64,000 bases of DNA from the NCBI GenBank assembly GCA_964016885.1, contig OZ024766.1, positions 10,664,001 to 10,728,000 on the forward strand, written 5' to 3'. The notes beneath the pieces were generated by a model, which saw only the letters and a list, made by a program, of their open reading frames with translations, was not told the DNA's origin and did no database searches. The stretch comes from Eledone cirrhosa. Lineage: Eukaryota. The position numbers and the translations under genes were made by a program. Below, piece by piece: positions 28,450-40,859 of the stretch (its first letter is position 1; each line of letters begins with the position of its first letter).

Positions 28450-29091
28450 TATAAGGATTGTCAATAAAGGGCAGTGGGGGTTTACAATAAGGTCGAGCAA
28501 AAGTGCACAATGGCAAGAATAATTTAACAATGAAGATATAAAAAATATAAAATAAACTATGCATAAATATAACAAAATAAATTCCCCGATAGGGGGTGGA
28601 AGACCCTGGGGTGACTCGGGTACCCCACCAATCCTGAACCACCCTGCGCTTCTAGGGCACCCAGGGAGAGCACCCCTCTCCTCAAGTTAGCTAGCCTATA
28701 GGCGCATGGTCAGAGTAGGCCCATTCACATGGGCCATTCTCGCCACATTCATCCACCTTTTTAGCAAATGTACTGGGGGGCAGCACTTCTCTCTCCACCC
28801 TCACCTTCCTTTCCAGGTGAAACTTGAAGAAGTTGATGAGGGATTGGCCGAAGAGAAAAGTGTCTGTCTTCAGTCCTTTTAATCTGGCCCAACATATAAC
28901 CTCTTTCGCAACGGCCACCAGACAGAGGAAAATTGCCTGCTCTTCCTGACCTAAGGAAGGCGGTGGATCGATCTTCACTATGGACTCGGCCGATAGCCGG
29001 ATCCGTTCCACACGCGACAGTAGCTGTTTGACATAACTCCACAAGTCAGTAATGCACGGACATTGGACAAGTGCGTGCAAAACGGTTTCGT
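28450..29091 (-). mobile_element. L1/Tx1-clade LINE 3' fragment related to 22753-23846, frameshifted
   Basis: ETVLHALVQCP..RIRLSAESIV..FFKFHLERKVRVEREVL. Confidence 0.88.
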
Positions 29092-29215
29092 TTAAAAGTA
29101 AATCTGAATATTCGAGCTTAAAGCCCAAATATTCAGATGTCTCCCTTCCTTGGAACCACGGCTTGTACCTTATGCTTCGTTAACGACAAGAAAATACAAG
29201 AAAATGATACTTTAA

Positions 29216-30344
29216 CCCTTTAGTGTTCAAACCGGCCAGAATTCTCTACCTCTTTCTGTTGAAACTGGCTGTAACTGATCGCTCAAACTGATGTTAAGGT
29301 TTTGTTCTCAAAATAAATACTTTCAAAGTCTCATAGATTCGATATTATGTGAGATAATTATGTGAGGTAAAGCCTTTACCATGAAAATACAATAATGTAA
29401 ATGTTATGTGAGGTAATTATGTGAGTTAAAGCCTTTACTGTGAAAATACAGTAGTATATATAGAGTAATGTAAATGTTATGTGAGGTATTATGTGAGGTA
29501 AAGCCTTTACTGTGAAAATACAATAGTATATATAGAGTAATGTAAATGTTATGTGAGGTATTATGTGAGGTAAAGCCTTTACTGTGAAAATACAATAGTA
29601 TATATAGAGTAATGTAAATGTTATGTGAGATATCATGTGAGGTAAAGCCTTTACTGTGAAAATATAATAGTATATATAGAGTAATGTAAATGCTATGAGA
29701 TATTATGTGAGGTAAAGCCTTTACTGTGAAAATACAATAGTATATATAGAGTAATGTAAATGTTATGTGAGATATCATGTGAGGTAAAGCCTTTACTGTG
29801 AAAATACAATAGTATATATAGAGTAATGTAAATGTTATGTGAGATATTATGTTAGGTAAAGCCTTTACTGTGACAATACAATAGTATATATAGAGTAATG
29901 TAAATGCTATGAGATATTATGTGAGGTAAAGCCTTTACTGTGAAAATACAATAGTATATATAGAGTAATGTAAATGTTATGTGAGATATCATGTGAGGTA
30001 AAGCCTTTACTGTGAAAATATAATAGTATATATAGAGTAATGTAAATGTTATGTGAGATATTATGTTAGGTAAAGCCTTTACTGTGACAATACAATAGTA
30101 TATATAGAGTAATGTAAATGTTATGTGAGATATTATGTGAAGTAAAGCCTTTACTGTGAAAATACAATAGTATATATAGAGTAGTGTAAATGTTATGTGA
30201 GATATTATGTGAGGTAAAGCCTTTACTGTGAAAATACAATAGTATATATAGAGTAATGTAAATGTTGTGTGAGATATTATGTGAGGTAAAGCCTTTACTG
30301 TGAAAATACAATAGTATATATAGAGTAATGTAAATGCTAAAGGG
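29216..30344 (-). mobile_element. piggyBac-type MITE with internal 72-bp satellite
   Basis: TTAA(29212)|CCCTTTAG...CTAAAGGG|TTAA(30345). Inverted homolog of 50796-52636. Confidence 0.85.
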
Positions 30345-30410
30345 TTAACACAGCTTAAAGTTACAAACCTTTCCCCCCGCAGATATGTACGTCTTCATAC
30401 ATGTGCGTCC

Positions 30411-30456
<46 letters not shown>

Positions 30457-30537
30457 TTTCATTTATTAACCACAAGGGCCGACATGTAGGGGACAATAAT
30501 AATAATAATAATAATAGTAATAATAATTGGTTCTTAC

Positions 30538-30585
30538 CTGAAAATCCATCGTAACGCCACCATTCTGTCGACGTATGTGAACCGT
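30538..30585 (-). CDS. 48-bp internal coding exon (phase 1-1) of a probable carbonic anhydrase-related protein (CA10/CARP-like)
   Basis: ttctcttatattttaaacag|ACGGTTCA...GGATTTTCAG|gtaagaa. Reads [16 protein letters not shown](G), similar to the invertebrate CARP motif EWWTYDGISG. No other exon was found in the window. Confidence 0.62.
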
Positions 30586-30662
30586 CTGTTTAAAATATAA
30601 GAGAATATATATATATATATATATAATTACAGTACACTTATATATACACACACTCACACACC

Positions 30663-30707
<45 letters not shown>

Positions 30708-30803
30708 TATATATCTCTATATATATATATCTATATGTATATATATCTATATATCTATATGTATATATATATATATATCTATATGTATATATATCTATAT
30801 ATC

Positions 30804-31001
<198 letters not shown>

Positions 31002-31035
31002 GATATATATAGATATAGATATATATATATCTATA

Positions 31036-31067
<32 letters not shown>

Positions 31068-31068
<1 letters not shown>

Positions 31069-31230
31069 CAAATTTAGTATAGAAACAGCTTCTACAAGAC
31101 TAGACCTGTTTCATACGAAGGAAACAGTCCTGCTCCTGTAGAAACGTTTTCTATATTAAATATTTACACTCTGCTTTGTATTGAGTACCTGACTTACTGA
31201 GGTTACCCCCCGATTGAACCTGGGACTCTC
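31068..31230 (+). mobile_element. old fold-back element (family D) with ACTC..GAGT tail
   Basis: Imperfect arms tttagtatagaaacagcttctaca / tgtagaaacgttttctatattaaa, then cACTC(31168)..GAGTac(31183). Confidence 0.5.
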
Positions 31231-31494
31231 ACACACATACATCTTCGTCTACCTGTCTGTTCGTCTGTCTGTGTGTCGCATCAGCCGATGCGCACGCCGC
31301 ACCACGTTGCCAACACACCGCCGCCTCCTGGCATCTACACCAACACCCCACCACACATCACATCACCACTACCAGCCACCCACACACCACCCACACACCG
31401 CCACTACCATCAAAATCAACCGAAAACCCAATAAACCCGCACCCCCCTCTCCTCTCCGCCATAATTAAAAGAGAAATCACAGTCTTTAAACCAA

Positions 31495-31612
31495 AAATCA
31501 ATATGGCGTTCGTTGTTTTGACAAAGGCGCGTGCTAAAAGAAATGATCGGTTCCGGTGAGGAGAGAGGTCAGGTAGAGGTCAGTTCCGGTGTTAACTAAG
31601 GTCAGACCGGTT
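31495..31612 (+). promoter_or_regulatory. candidate enhancer: perfect DR5 AGGTCA-ggtag-AGGTCA, third half-site, ETS- and YY1-like motifs
   Basis: AGGTCA at 31566-31571, 31577-31582 and 31599-31604. ttccgg twice, aatatggcg. Confidence 0.4.
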
Positions 31613-31643
31613 GGAGAGAAGAGGGATAGTGAGGAGAGAGAGT

Positions 31644-31688
<45 letters not shown>

Positions 31689-32135
31689 TAGAGAGGAGAG
31701 AGAGATGCGAGAGAGGTGGAAGAGAGAGACATAGAGAGAGAGAGAGGGATAGAGAGGAGAGAGATGAGTGAGTGATGAAGTGAGAGAGAGGGAGATGAGA
31801 GAGAGAGAGAAATGTGGGAGGGAGGGAGAGAGATAGATAGATTCGGTGGGAGGAGATAGCGACAGAGAGAAGGGGGGGGGGATAAACAGCGAGGGAAAGA
31901 GGGAGAAAGAGAACGGAGAGAGAAATAAACAAAGAGAGGGAGACGGAGAGAGAAAGACGAAGAGAAGTGGAGGCAAGGCGAGAGAGGGATAAAGAGAGAG
32001 ACAGATAGTAAAGGAAGGTACTAGAGATAGAAGGGGAGGGAAGAGAGAGAGAGAGAGAGAGAGAGAAAGAGGAGGAGAGGGAGACAAAGAGAGGAGGAGA
32101 GGGAGACAGAGAGAGGAGGAGAGGGAGAGAGGGAG
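31612..32135. repeat. GA-rich polypurine tract
   Basis: Direct inspection. Confidence 0.9.
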
Positions 32136-32384
32136 CGAATGGTTCATTGAAATCTAGGTCCTTTTCCTAAATTTGATAATTTTGTTAGTGTTGTTGTTGT
32201 TGTTTTTACTGTTGTTGTCATTGTTGTTTTTACTGTTGTTATTGTAATACGTATTTCTGTTGTATGCGTTTGCGTTGTTCTTACTGTTGTTGTTGTTGTT
32301 GTTGATGTTACTGTCAGTGCATGTCACGGCTGACGAACCACGAAACTTTGATGCAATGTTCGGTCACGCAACAGGATAAACAAA

Positions 32385-32810
32385 GAACAACAGTAACAGC
32401 AACAACAACAGCAACAACAACAGTAACAACAGCAGCAACAACAACAACTGCAACAACAACAGTAACAACAACAGTAACAACAACAACAACAGTAACAACA
32501 GCAGCAACAACAACAGTAACAACAACAGTAACAACAACAACAACAGTAACAACAGCAGCAACAACAACAGTAACAACAACAACAACAGTAACAACAGCAG
32601 CAACAACAACAGTAACAACAACAGTAACAACAACAACAACAGTAACAACAGCAGCAACAACAACAGTAACAACAACAGTAACAACAACAACAGTAACAAC
32701 AGCAGCAACAACAACAGTAACAACAGCAGCAACAACAACAGTAACAACAACAGTAACAACAACAACAACAGTAACAACAACAGTAACAACAACAGTAACA
32801 ACAACAGCAG

Positions 32811-32841
<31 letters not shown>

Positions 32842-32901
32842 AGCAACAACAACAGTAACAACAACAACATCAACAACACCAACAGTAACAACAACAACAG
32901 T

Positions 32902-32935
<34 letters not shown>

Positions 32936-33312
32936 GCAACAACCGTAAGAACAACAACAACAGTAACAACAACAACAACAGCAACAACAATAAACAGTAA
33001 CAACAACAACAACACCACCACCAGCAGCAACAACAACAGTAACAACAACAACAACAACAGCAGTATCAACAACAACAGTAACAACAACAAGAGTAACAAC
33101 AACAGCAACAACAACAACAACAGCAGTATCAACAACAGCAGTATCAACAACAACAGTAACAACAACAAGAGTAACAACAACAGCAACAACAACAACAACA
33201 ACAGCAGTAACAACAACAACAACAACAACAACAACAGCAACAGCAACAACAACAACAACACCACCAGCAACAACAACAGTAACAACAACAACAACAACAA
33301 CAGTAACAACAA
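32385..33312. repeat. (CAA/CAG/TAA)n trinucleotide array
   Basis: Direct inspection. Confidence 0.95.
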
Positions 33313-33426
33313 AATCATTAAATACTTAAAAATGAAAGGCATTTCACAAAACTAGACACACACACACACACACACACATCTATATATGTACACATACACC
33401 ACAGACACACATATACACACATGTAT

Positions 33427-33457
<31 letters not shown>

Positions 33458-33600
33458 CACAAGGGGGTCCCCCACCAAAATATATACACACTTCAACAGC
33501 ATTCTAATAATTATTGCCTCTACAGTTAATCAAAGTGTGTATACACTTTTTTTGTGACAGCCTGTATATATATATATGTGTATGTGTGTGTATGTATGTA

Positions 33601-33646
<46 letters not shown>

Positions 33647-33682
33647 ATTTCACACAGACACATGTATATATATATATATGTT

Positions 33683-33735
<53 letters not shown>

Positions 33736-33851
33736 CATACATATACATAATTTCACAGACACATGTATATATACATATATGTTAATAATATATATATATA
33801 TATATATATTATATATTATATATATATACATACACACACACATATATATAT

Positions 33852-33916
<65 letters not shown>

Positions 33917-34065
33917 TATATATATATATATGTATATATACACATATACATATATACATATATATATATATATATGTATATAGAATATACACCCACATAA
34001 CACAGAGGTATGACAGCCAATAATCCTTTTAGGCTGCTTGTTAATTATAAAATAACAACACCAAA

Positions 34066-34102
<37 letters not shown>

Positions 34103-34139
34103 CATACATATATATACATATATGTATATATATACATAG

Positions 34140-34224
<85 letters not shown>

Positions 34225-34306
34225 TGTATATATATATATGTAAATATATGTATATATTTATATGTATATATATGTATGTATATATATATATATATGTATA
34301 TATATG

Positions 34307-34346
<40 letters not shown>

Positions 34347-34471
34347 AAAGTTCTATTTAAAGTTGTTGGGATACAAGTAAATATTTTTATAACTGATATA
34401 AAGCACTCGACAAGTTTTTGGAGTAGATATACGATATTAATAAATGGAAACGATATTTATAAAACCATATC

Positions 34472-34536
34472 TATTTCATTATACATATTTCAGGGATACC
34501 ACATTAAATTATGGTATGCCTTCATCAGACAAAATA
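34472..34536 (-). ncRNA. minimal type I hammerhead ribozyme
   Basis: Inverted copy of 34673-34737 (TCATCAG 34522-34528, TTTC 34488-34491). Confidence 0.78.
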
Positions 34537-34672
34537 CAATATATAACAGTTTTACAAATAGTTTTGACGTGCCCTTTTAAAATGCAACCATTACTATCCA
34601 GGCAGCCTCCAAAAGTAATGGTTGCATTTTAAAAGGGTACGTCAAAGCTATTTGTAAAACTGTTATATATTG

Positions 34673-34737
34673 TATTTTGTCTGATGAAGGCATACCATAA
34701 TTTAATGTGGTATCCCTGAAATATGTATAATGAAATA
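34673..34737 (+). ncRNA. minimal type I hammerhead ribozyme
   Basis: tattttgt CTGATGA agg-c-ataccat..gtggtat-c-cct GAAA tatgta TA atgaaata. Stem II differs from the 15628 copy but stays paired. Confidence 0.8.
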
Positions 34738-34776
34738 AATATGGTTTTATAAATATAGTTTCCATTTGTTAATATC

Positions 34777-34820
<44 letters not shown>

Positions 34821-34821
<1 letters not shown>

Positions 34822-35102
34822 TATAATAGAAAAAACGAGGAACTCTCGTTTACATATGAAAAATATTTATTGCGTATCGACCTGTTACGCGCGTTTCGCA
34901 GAGGTTTGGTTCAAGTTGACCCATAGGAGTTATGGACCCGACTCCAGTATCGATCTGCTCCTCAGCCTGGTGATGTGAGAAAAGATATATTTTTCTCACC
35001 TTGAGCCAATCGTCTGCGAAACGTCCTCGTTTTTCTACTATATACACTCTGCCTGTGCATAGAGTGGTACCACAACCAGTATTTCACCGTACTACCTACA
35101 CT
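34821..35102 (+). mobile_element. fold-back element family E
   Basis: tagaaaaaacgagg / cctcgtttttcta arms, partial inverted tctgcgaaacg copy at about 35000-35024, tail cACTC(35046)..GAGTgg(35062). (TA)n flanks. Confidence 0.6.
34880..34971 (-). ncRNA. type I hammerhead motif with long stem II insertion and degenerate stem I
   Basis: Minus strand: CTGAGGA gcaga..tctgc GAAA cgcgcg TA acaggt. Palindromic stem III ACGCGCGT. Confidence 0.65.
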
Positions 35103-35118
35103 ATATATATATATATAT

Positions 35119-35318
35119 AACGAAGGAAATGTGGTAAGGAACCAGATGGACCATAACGCACCAAAGTACTCAATACTTAGGGTAGTAGAGTGGGTAATAG
35201 GAACAAGTATGACCCCGACGGCAGAGCTAAAGCCGTTTCGACGGCTATTTCTGGACTGGAATAGTCCAGAAATAACCGTCGAAACGGCTTGAGCTTTGCC
35301 GTCGGGGTCATACTTGTT

Positions 35319-35323
<5 letters not shown>
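35119..35323 (-). mobile_element. fold-back element family B (palindrome 35197-35323 + tail)
   Basis: ataggaacaagtatgaccccgacggc..gccgtcggggtcatacttgttcctat. Related copies at 38484, 46399 and 59644. Confidence 0.8.
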
Positions 35324-35383
<60 letters not shown>

Positions 35384-35386
<3 letters not shown>

Positions 35387-35707
35387 GGAGGTGAGTTTTA
35401 TTGTAGTACAATAAAGCAATGCAGATATCAAATAAGAAGCACTCTACAGTTTGTAGGACTGGAGTATACATAATATATAAGAACAAAAGATGGTTAAAAG
35501 AGTTCCATGTATTTTATTATGCGCATTTCAAAAGTATATGTTGATTTAAAACTGCACTATCCACAAGTGTTTTTTAACCTTCATATCATGTCTTCCTATT
35601 TAATCTGATGAAAACACAAATATTATTGCATGATGATATTTGTTTTTGAAATGCGCATAATAAAATACATGGAACTCTTTTAACCATCTTTTGTTCTTAT
35701 ATATTAT
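35384..35707 (-). mobile_element. fold-back element family C (arms 35470-35533 / 35644-35707, tail 35384-35469)
   Basis: 64-bp perfect inverted arms, ACTC 35441 / GAGT 35462 in the tail. Confidence 0.78.
35593..35674 (+). ncRNA. minimal type I hammerhead ribozyme
   Basis: ttcc-tatttaat CTGATGA aaacacaaatat..atatttgttttt GAAA tgcgca TA ataaaata-cat-ggaa. Palindromic stem III ATGCGCAT, predicted cut after 35659. Confidence 0.82.
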
Positions 35708-35710
35708 ATA

Positions 35711-36593
35711 TCTATCTAAGGCGGGTAAAAGAGTTCTCTCCAGCGGTCTCTGTCCCTCATTATCGCTGCCATATCCTGCATCTCCAACAGACCAGTGTCT
35801 GTCCTTAGGGCATCAACATATGTTAACCTTGGTCTTCCTCTTCTAGTGTGTCCATGTAGGGGCTCCCAAAGGAGCACTGAGTGCAATGTCAACTCTGGAT
35901 GTCGGTGAGCATGTCCAGCTAACCTCAGTCTCCTCTGTGTCACTTTTGAGCTGACTTTTGGGATGATCCCATACAGCTCTGAGTTTTTCATCCTCAGTGT
36001 ATACTGATTAATGTTCAGAATGTACCTTTTTATCATCGTAGTGGACTATTGTATGCGCCTTGCACTGGAGAAACACCAAGACTCTGGCTTTACTGTAGCA
36101 CCGGCTCAGAGCAGGAGAGTTAGGGCGAAAAAGGTATCGGATGCTGAATTTGACGACAACATAGTTTTGGTGACAAATACAGTGAAGGAGGCAGAGGATT
36201 TGATGCGGGAGGTTGAGACTGTGTCGATGAGTGTGGGGCTGAGAATGAATGAGACTAAGACAAAATATCTGGTAGAGAATGTTGAGAAGCCAGAGGGGAT
36301 CACTAATGTAGGCGGGAAGCCGCTGGAATTGGTTGAGGACTTCCTGTATTTGGGAGCAAAGATTGGGAATACGGAAGATGATGTGGTTGAGAGGAAGAGC
36401 AAGGCCTGGGCGGCGTGTCACAGCTTGAGATCGGTGTGGAAGTCGGACCTTCGTAGAGACCTGAAGATCCGCCTCTTCATTGCTGTAGTGGAGTCTGTGC
36501 TGCTGTATGGGTCTGAGACTTGGACACTGACCAAGAGACTCACTCAGATGGTGGATGGGTGCTACACGAGAATGCTGAGGATGGCTCTGAACA

Positions 36594-36598
<5 letters not shown>
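35711..36598 (-). mobile_element. RTE-clade LINE insertion with 5' inversion
   Basis: The 3' part on minus (35711-36019) continues exactly from the RT fragment on plus (36023-36598; ..EFDDNIVL..FLYLG..VLLYGSETW..RMALNIN). Confidence 0.9.
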
Positions 36599-36666
<68 letters not shown>

Positions 36667-36839
36667 TACATTTCTGTGACAACAGATATTAGACGAGGTT
36701 TCGAGAAATAACCGAACCGGAACTCCGGAAAGAAACACAAATAGATATAAAAACCCGACACAGTCATTGGGGATCTTATAATGTTTTTGAAACATGGTAG
36801 CTGAATATATATATATATATGTATATATATGTATATAAA

Positions 36840-36920
<81 letters not shown>

Positions 36921-36921
36921 G

Positions 36922-37002
<81 letters not shown>

Positions 37003-37011
37003 GTATATATG

Positions 37012-37042
<31 letters not shown>

Positions 37043-37313
37043 GATATGTACATACATATATATACATACTTATATATATATGTATATATATAGATATGAA
37101 TATATATATATACATATATACACATATATATATATAGATAGATACACACACATACACACACATATATATATATATATGTGTGTGCGTATACATATATATG
37201 TATTTATGTGCATATGCATATGTGACTTCATATGTGCATATATGTATATATACATTCATATACATATATAAATATATATGTATACACACATATATATATA
37301 TATACATATATAT

Positions 37314-37405
<92 letters not shown>

Positions 37406-37424
37406 GTAGGTTGTATTCACAAGG

Positions 37425-37515
37425 GAGTGCGCATGCGTGGCTTCACGTCTGCGCATGATTTATTCGTCACGTCAATTATATTCAGTAATATTGTTGAGGA
37501 ATAGCTATATAAACG
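37425..37515 (+). promoter_or_regulatory. promoter-like motif cluster (NRF1-like, CRE-like, TATA)
   Basis: tgcgcatgcg, tgcgcatg, cgtcacgtca and ctatataaa within 90 bp of unique sequence between (TA)n tracts. Confidence 0.3.
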
Positions 37516-37565
37516 GTTAGGTGTATTGATATATAATTTATAAAAATATTTATACACACTCAGAA

Positions 37566-37647
<82 letters not shown>

Positions 37648-37669
37648 ATCTATATATGTATCTATATAC

Positions 37670-37739
<70 letters not shown>

Positions 37740-37769
37740 CTATATACATATACACACATATATATATAC

Positions 37770-37831
<62 letters not shown>

Positions 37832-37885
37832 ATATACCTATATATGTATCTATATATATATATATATTTATATATACATATACAC

Positions 37886-37933
<48 letters not shown>

Positions 37934-37975
37934 ATCTATATATGTATCTAGATACATATATACATACATATACAC

Positions 37976-38007
<32 letters not shown>

Positions 38008-38054
38008 GTGTGTAAATATATATATATGTGTGTGTGTGTGTGTATATATATATA

Positions 38055-38116
<62 letters not shown>

Positions 38117-38483
38117 TATATATGTGTATATATATATATATATACCATTATTTCTAACTTCAGAGACCACTCCAAAAGAGAACCATTAGTCATTCTTAAA
38201 CGTCTCGTTGCTACGGGATACGATAATCTCCATACTGATATATATATATATACATATGTCTATTGTAACTATAGCAACGGTACCTACGACAGCAATACAG
38301 GCCCATGCTGGTTTATCTAGGTAGTCTTTGCCCTGCTAGACATCGTACCAGTTATCTTCTCGGGGAACAAGAGACAAAACTGTTTGAGTAAACTGCGCAA
38401 GCATTCTATTTCATATAAATATATATATAGATGTATATATACATGTATATACAAATGCGTATATATATATATATATATATATA

Positions 38484-38638
38484 TAGGAAAAAGTATGATC
38501 CCGACGGCAGAGCTCAAGCCGTTTCGACGGCTGTTTCTTGACTCCAGAAATAGCCGTCGATTTCCCACTCTACTACCCTAAGTATTGAGTACTCTGGTGC
38601 GTTATGGTCCATCTGGTTCCTTACCACAATTCCTTTCT
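38484..38638 (+). mobile_element. fold-back element family B copy
   Basis: Inverted arm plus cactctactaccctaagtattgagtac tail. Confidence 0.78.
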
Positions 38639-38759
38639 TATATATATATATATACACATATACGTACATATATATATTTTGGTATACATACACACACACG
38701 CACACACACACATATATATATACTGTTATACTTGGGGAGGGTCATATTGTTGTAATAAT

Positions 38760-38945
38760 AATTGTTTTTACTTTTGGCACAAGGCCAGCAATTACCCAGT
38801 GCATTAGTGCTACTTTATTTTATCGACCCCGTAAGGATGAAAGGTAAAGTCAACCTCGGCGGGATTTGAACTCAGATCGTAAAGGGACGTAACTATGCTG
38901 GAAAGCATGGCGTCCCACCCTCGACCAATACTGCCAATCCACCGT
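38760..38945 (-). mobile_element. SINE family 2
   Basis: Family core present. Confidence 0.9.
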
Positions 38946-39029
38946 CCAAAGAACAATACTAATGATAATAATAATTGTGAAATGAAAATAGGTATAACCG
39001 GCAAAAACATATTACGTTAAAATATAATA

Positions 39030-39580
39030 AATAACAACATCAATAACAACAACAACAACAACCACCACAACACCACCACAACCACAACAACAACCATCAC
39101 AACACCACCCACCACCACAACAACAACCACAACCCCCACAACACCACCACCACAACAACAACCACAACCCCCACAACACCACCACCACAACAACTACCAC
39201 CACCACCACCCACCACCACAACAACAACCACAACCCCCACAACACCACCACCACAACAACAACCACCACAACACCACCCACCACCACAACAACTACCATC
39301 ACAACACCACCCACCACCACAACAACAACCACAACCCCCACAACACCACCACCACAACAACAACCACCACAACACCACCCACCACCACAACAACTACCAC
39401 CACCACAACAACCACCACAACACCACCACAACCACAACAACAACCATCACAACACCACCCACCACCACAACAACCACCACAACACCACCCACCACCACAA
39501 CAACAACAACCACCACAACACCACCCACTACCACAACAACTACCACCACCACAACACCACCACCACAACAATCACAACAA
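39030..39580. repeat. CAA/CCA compound repeat
   Basis: Direct inspection. Confidence 0.9.
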
Positions 39581-39756
39581 GGTTTAAACTAAAACAAAAC
39601 TTAAAAAGGCGGATAAAAAACCATGTCTGAACTAAACAGCAATGGCGGCTGATAAATCTTTCTTGGTTTGAAAAAAAAAATTATTTTTAATTCACTGAAG
39701 TTTACGAAATAATTTATTTTTCGTATTTTTACGATCAAACGGGGGAATATTTTTTT

Positions 39757-40828
39757 GTGTGTGTACATGTGTGTGTGTAGAAGGTTGTGTGTGTGTGTGT
39801 GTTTGTGGGGGGGGAATGTGTGTGCGTTGAGAGATGTGTGTGTGTGTGTGTTTGTGGGAGGATGTGTATGTGTGTGTGTGGGGGGATGTGTGTGTGTGTG
39901 TTTGTTTGTGGGGGAATGTGTGTGTGTTGAGGGATGTGTGTTTGTGGGGGGATGTGTTGTGTGTGTGTGTTTGTGGGGGGGGGCGTGTTTGTTTGTGGCG
40001 GGAATGTGTGTGTGTTGAGGGATGTGTGTGTGGGGGGATGTGTATGTGTGTGTTTGTGGGGAGGGGGGATGTGTATGTGTGTGTTTGTGGGGAGGGGGGA
40101 TGTGTGTGTGTGTTTGTTTGTGGGGGGAATGTGTGTTTGTGTGTGTTGAGGGAAGTGTGTGTTTGTGGGGGAATGTGTGTGTGTGGAGGGATGTGTGTGT
40201 TTTTGTGGGGGGATGTGTGCGTGTGTTTGTGGGTGGGAATATGTGTGTGTGTACGTGTGTATGGAGGATGGTGGTGGGTAGCAGTGTGTGTGTGTGTGGA
40301 GGGTAGGTTGTGGTGAGTTGTGTGTGTGTGTGGAGGGTGGGTTGCCGGGAGTGTGTGTGTGTGTGTGGAGGGAGGGTTGTGGTAAGTTGTGTGTGTGTGT
40401 GGAGGGTGGGTTATGTGGAGAGTGTGTGTGTGTGTGGAGGGTGGATTGCGGGGAGTTGTGTGTGTGTGTGTGTGGAGGGTGGGTTGTGGTGAGTTGTGTG
40501 TGTGTGTGTGTGGAGGGTGGGTTGCGGGGAGTTGTGTGTATGTGTGTGTGTGGAGGGTGGGTTGTGGGGAGTTGTGTGTGTGTGTGTGTGTGTGTGGAGG
40601 GTGGGTTGTGAGGAATTGTGTGTATGTGGAGGGTGGGTTGTGGGGAGTTGTGTGTGTGTGTGTGTGTGGAGGGTGGGTTGTGTGGAGTTGTGTGTGTGTG
40701 TGTGTGGAGAGTGGGTTGTGGGGAGTTGTGTGTGTGTGGAGGGTGGGTTGTGGGGAGTTGTGTGTGTGTGTGTGTGGAGAGTGGGTTGTGGGGAGTTGTG
40801 TGTGTGTGGAGGGTGGGTTGTGGGGAGT

Positions 40829-40859
<31 letters not shown>

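Larger units (their letters stand above)
34350..34781 (-). mobile_element. fold-back element family A copy 2 (palindrome 34428-34781 + tail)
   Basis: Arms 34428-34593 and about 34612-34781. Tail 34350-34427 is the reverse-complement homolog of 15737-15820. Confidence 0.85.

Noticed and set aside
32325-32352. CTGACGA..GAAA mini hammerhead
   Set aside because: No stem II, stem I or stem III pairing.
36690-36806. GAAAC..GTC and GAAACATGGTA half-motifs
   Set aside because: No CUGANGA partner found.
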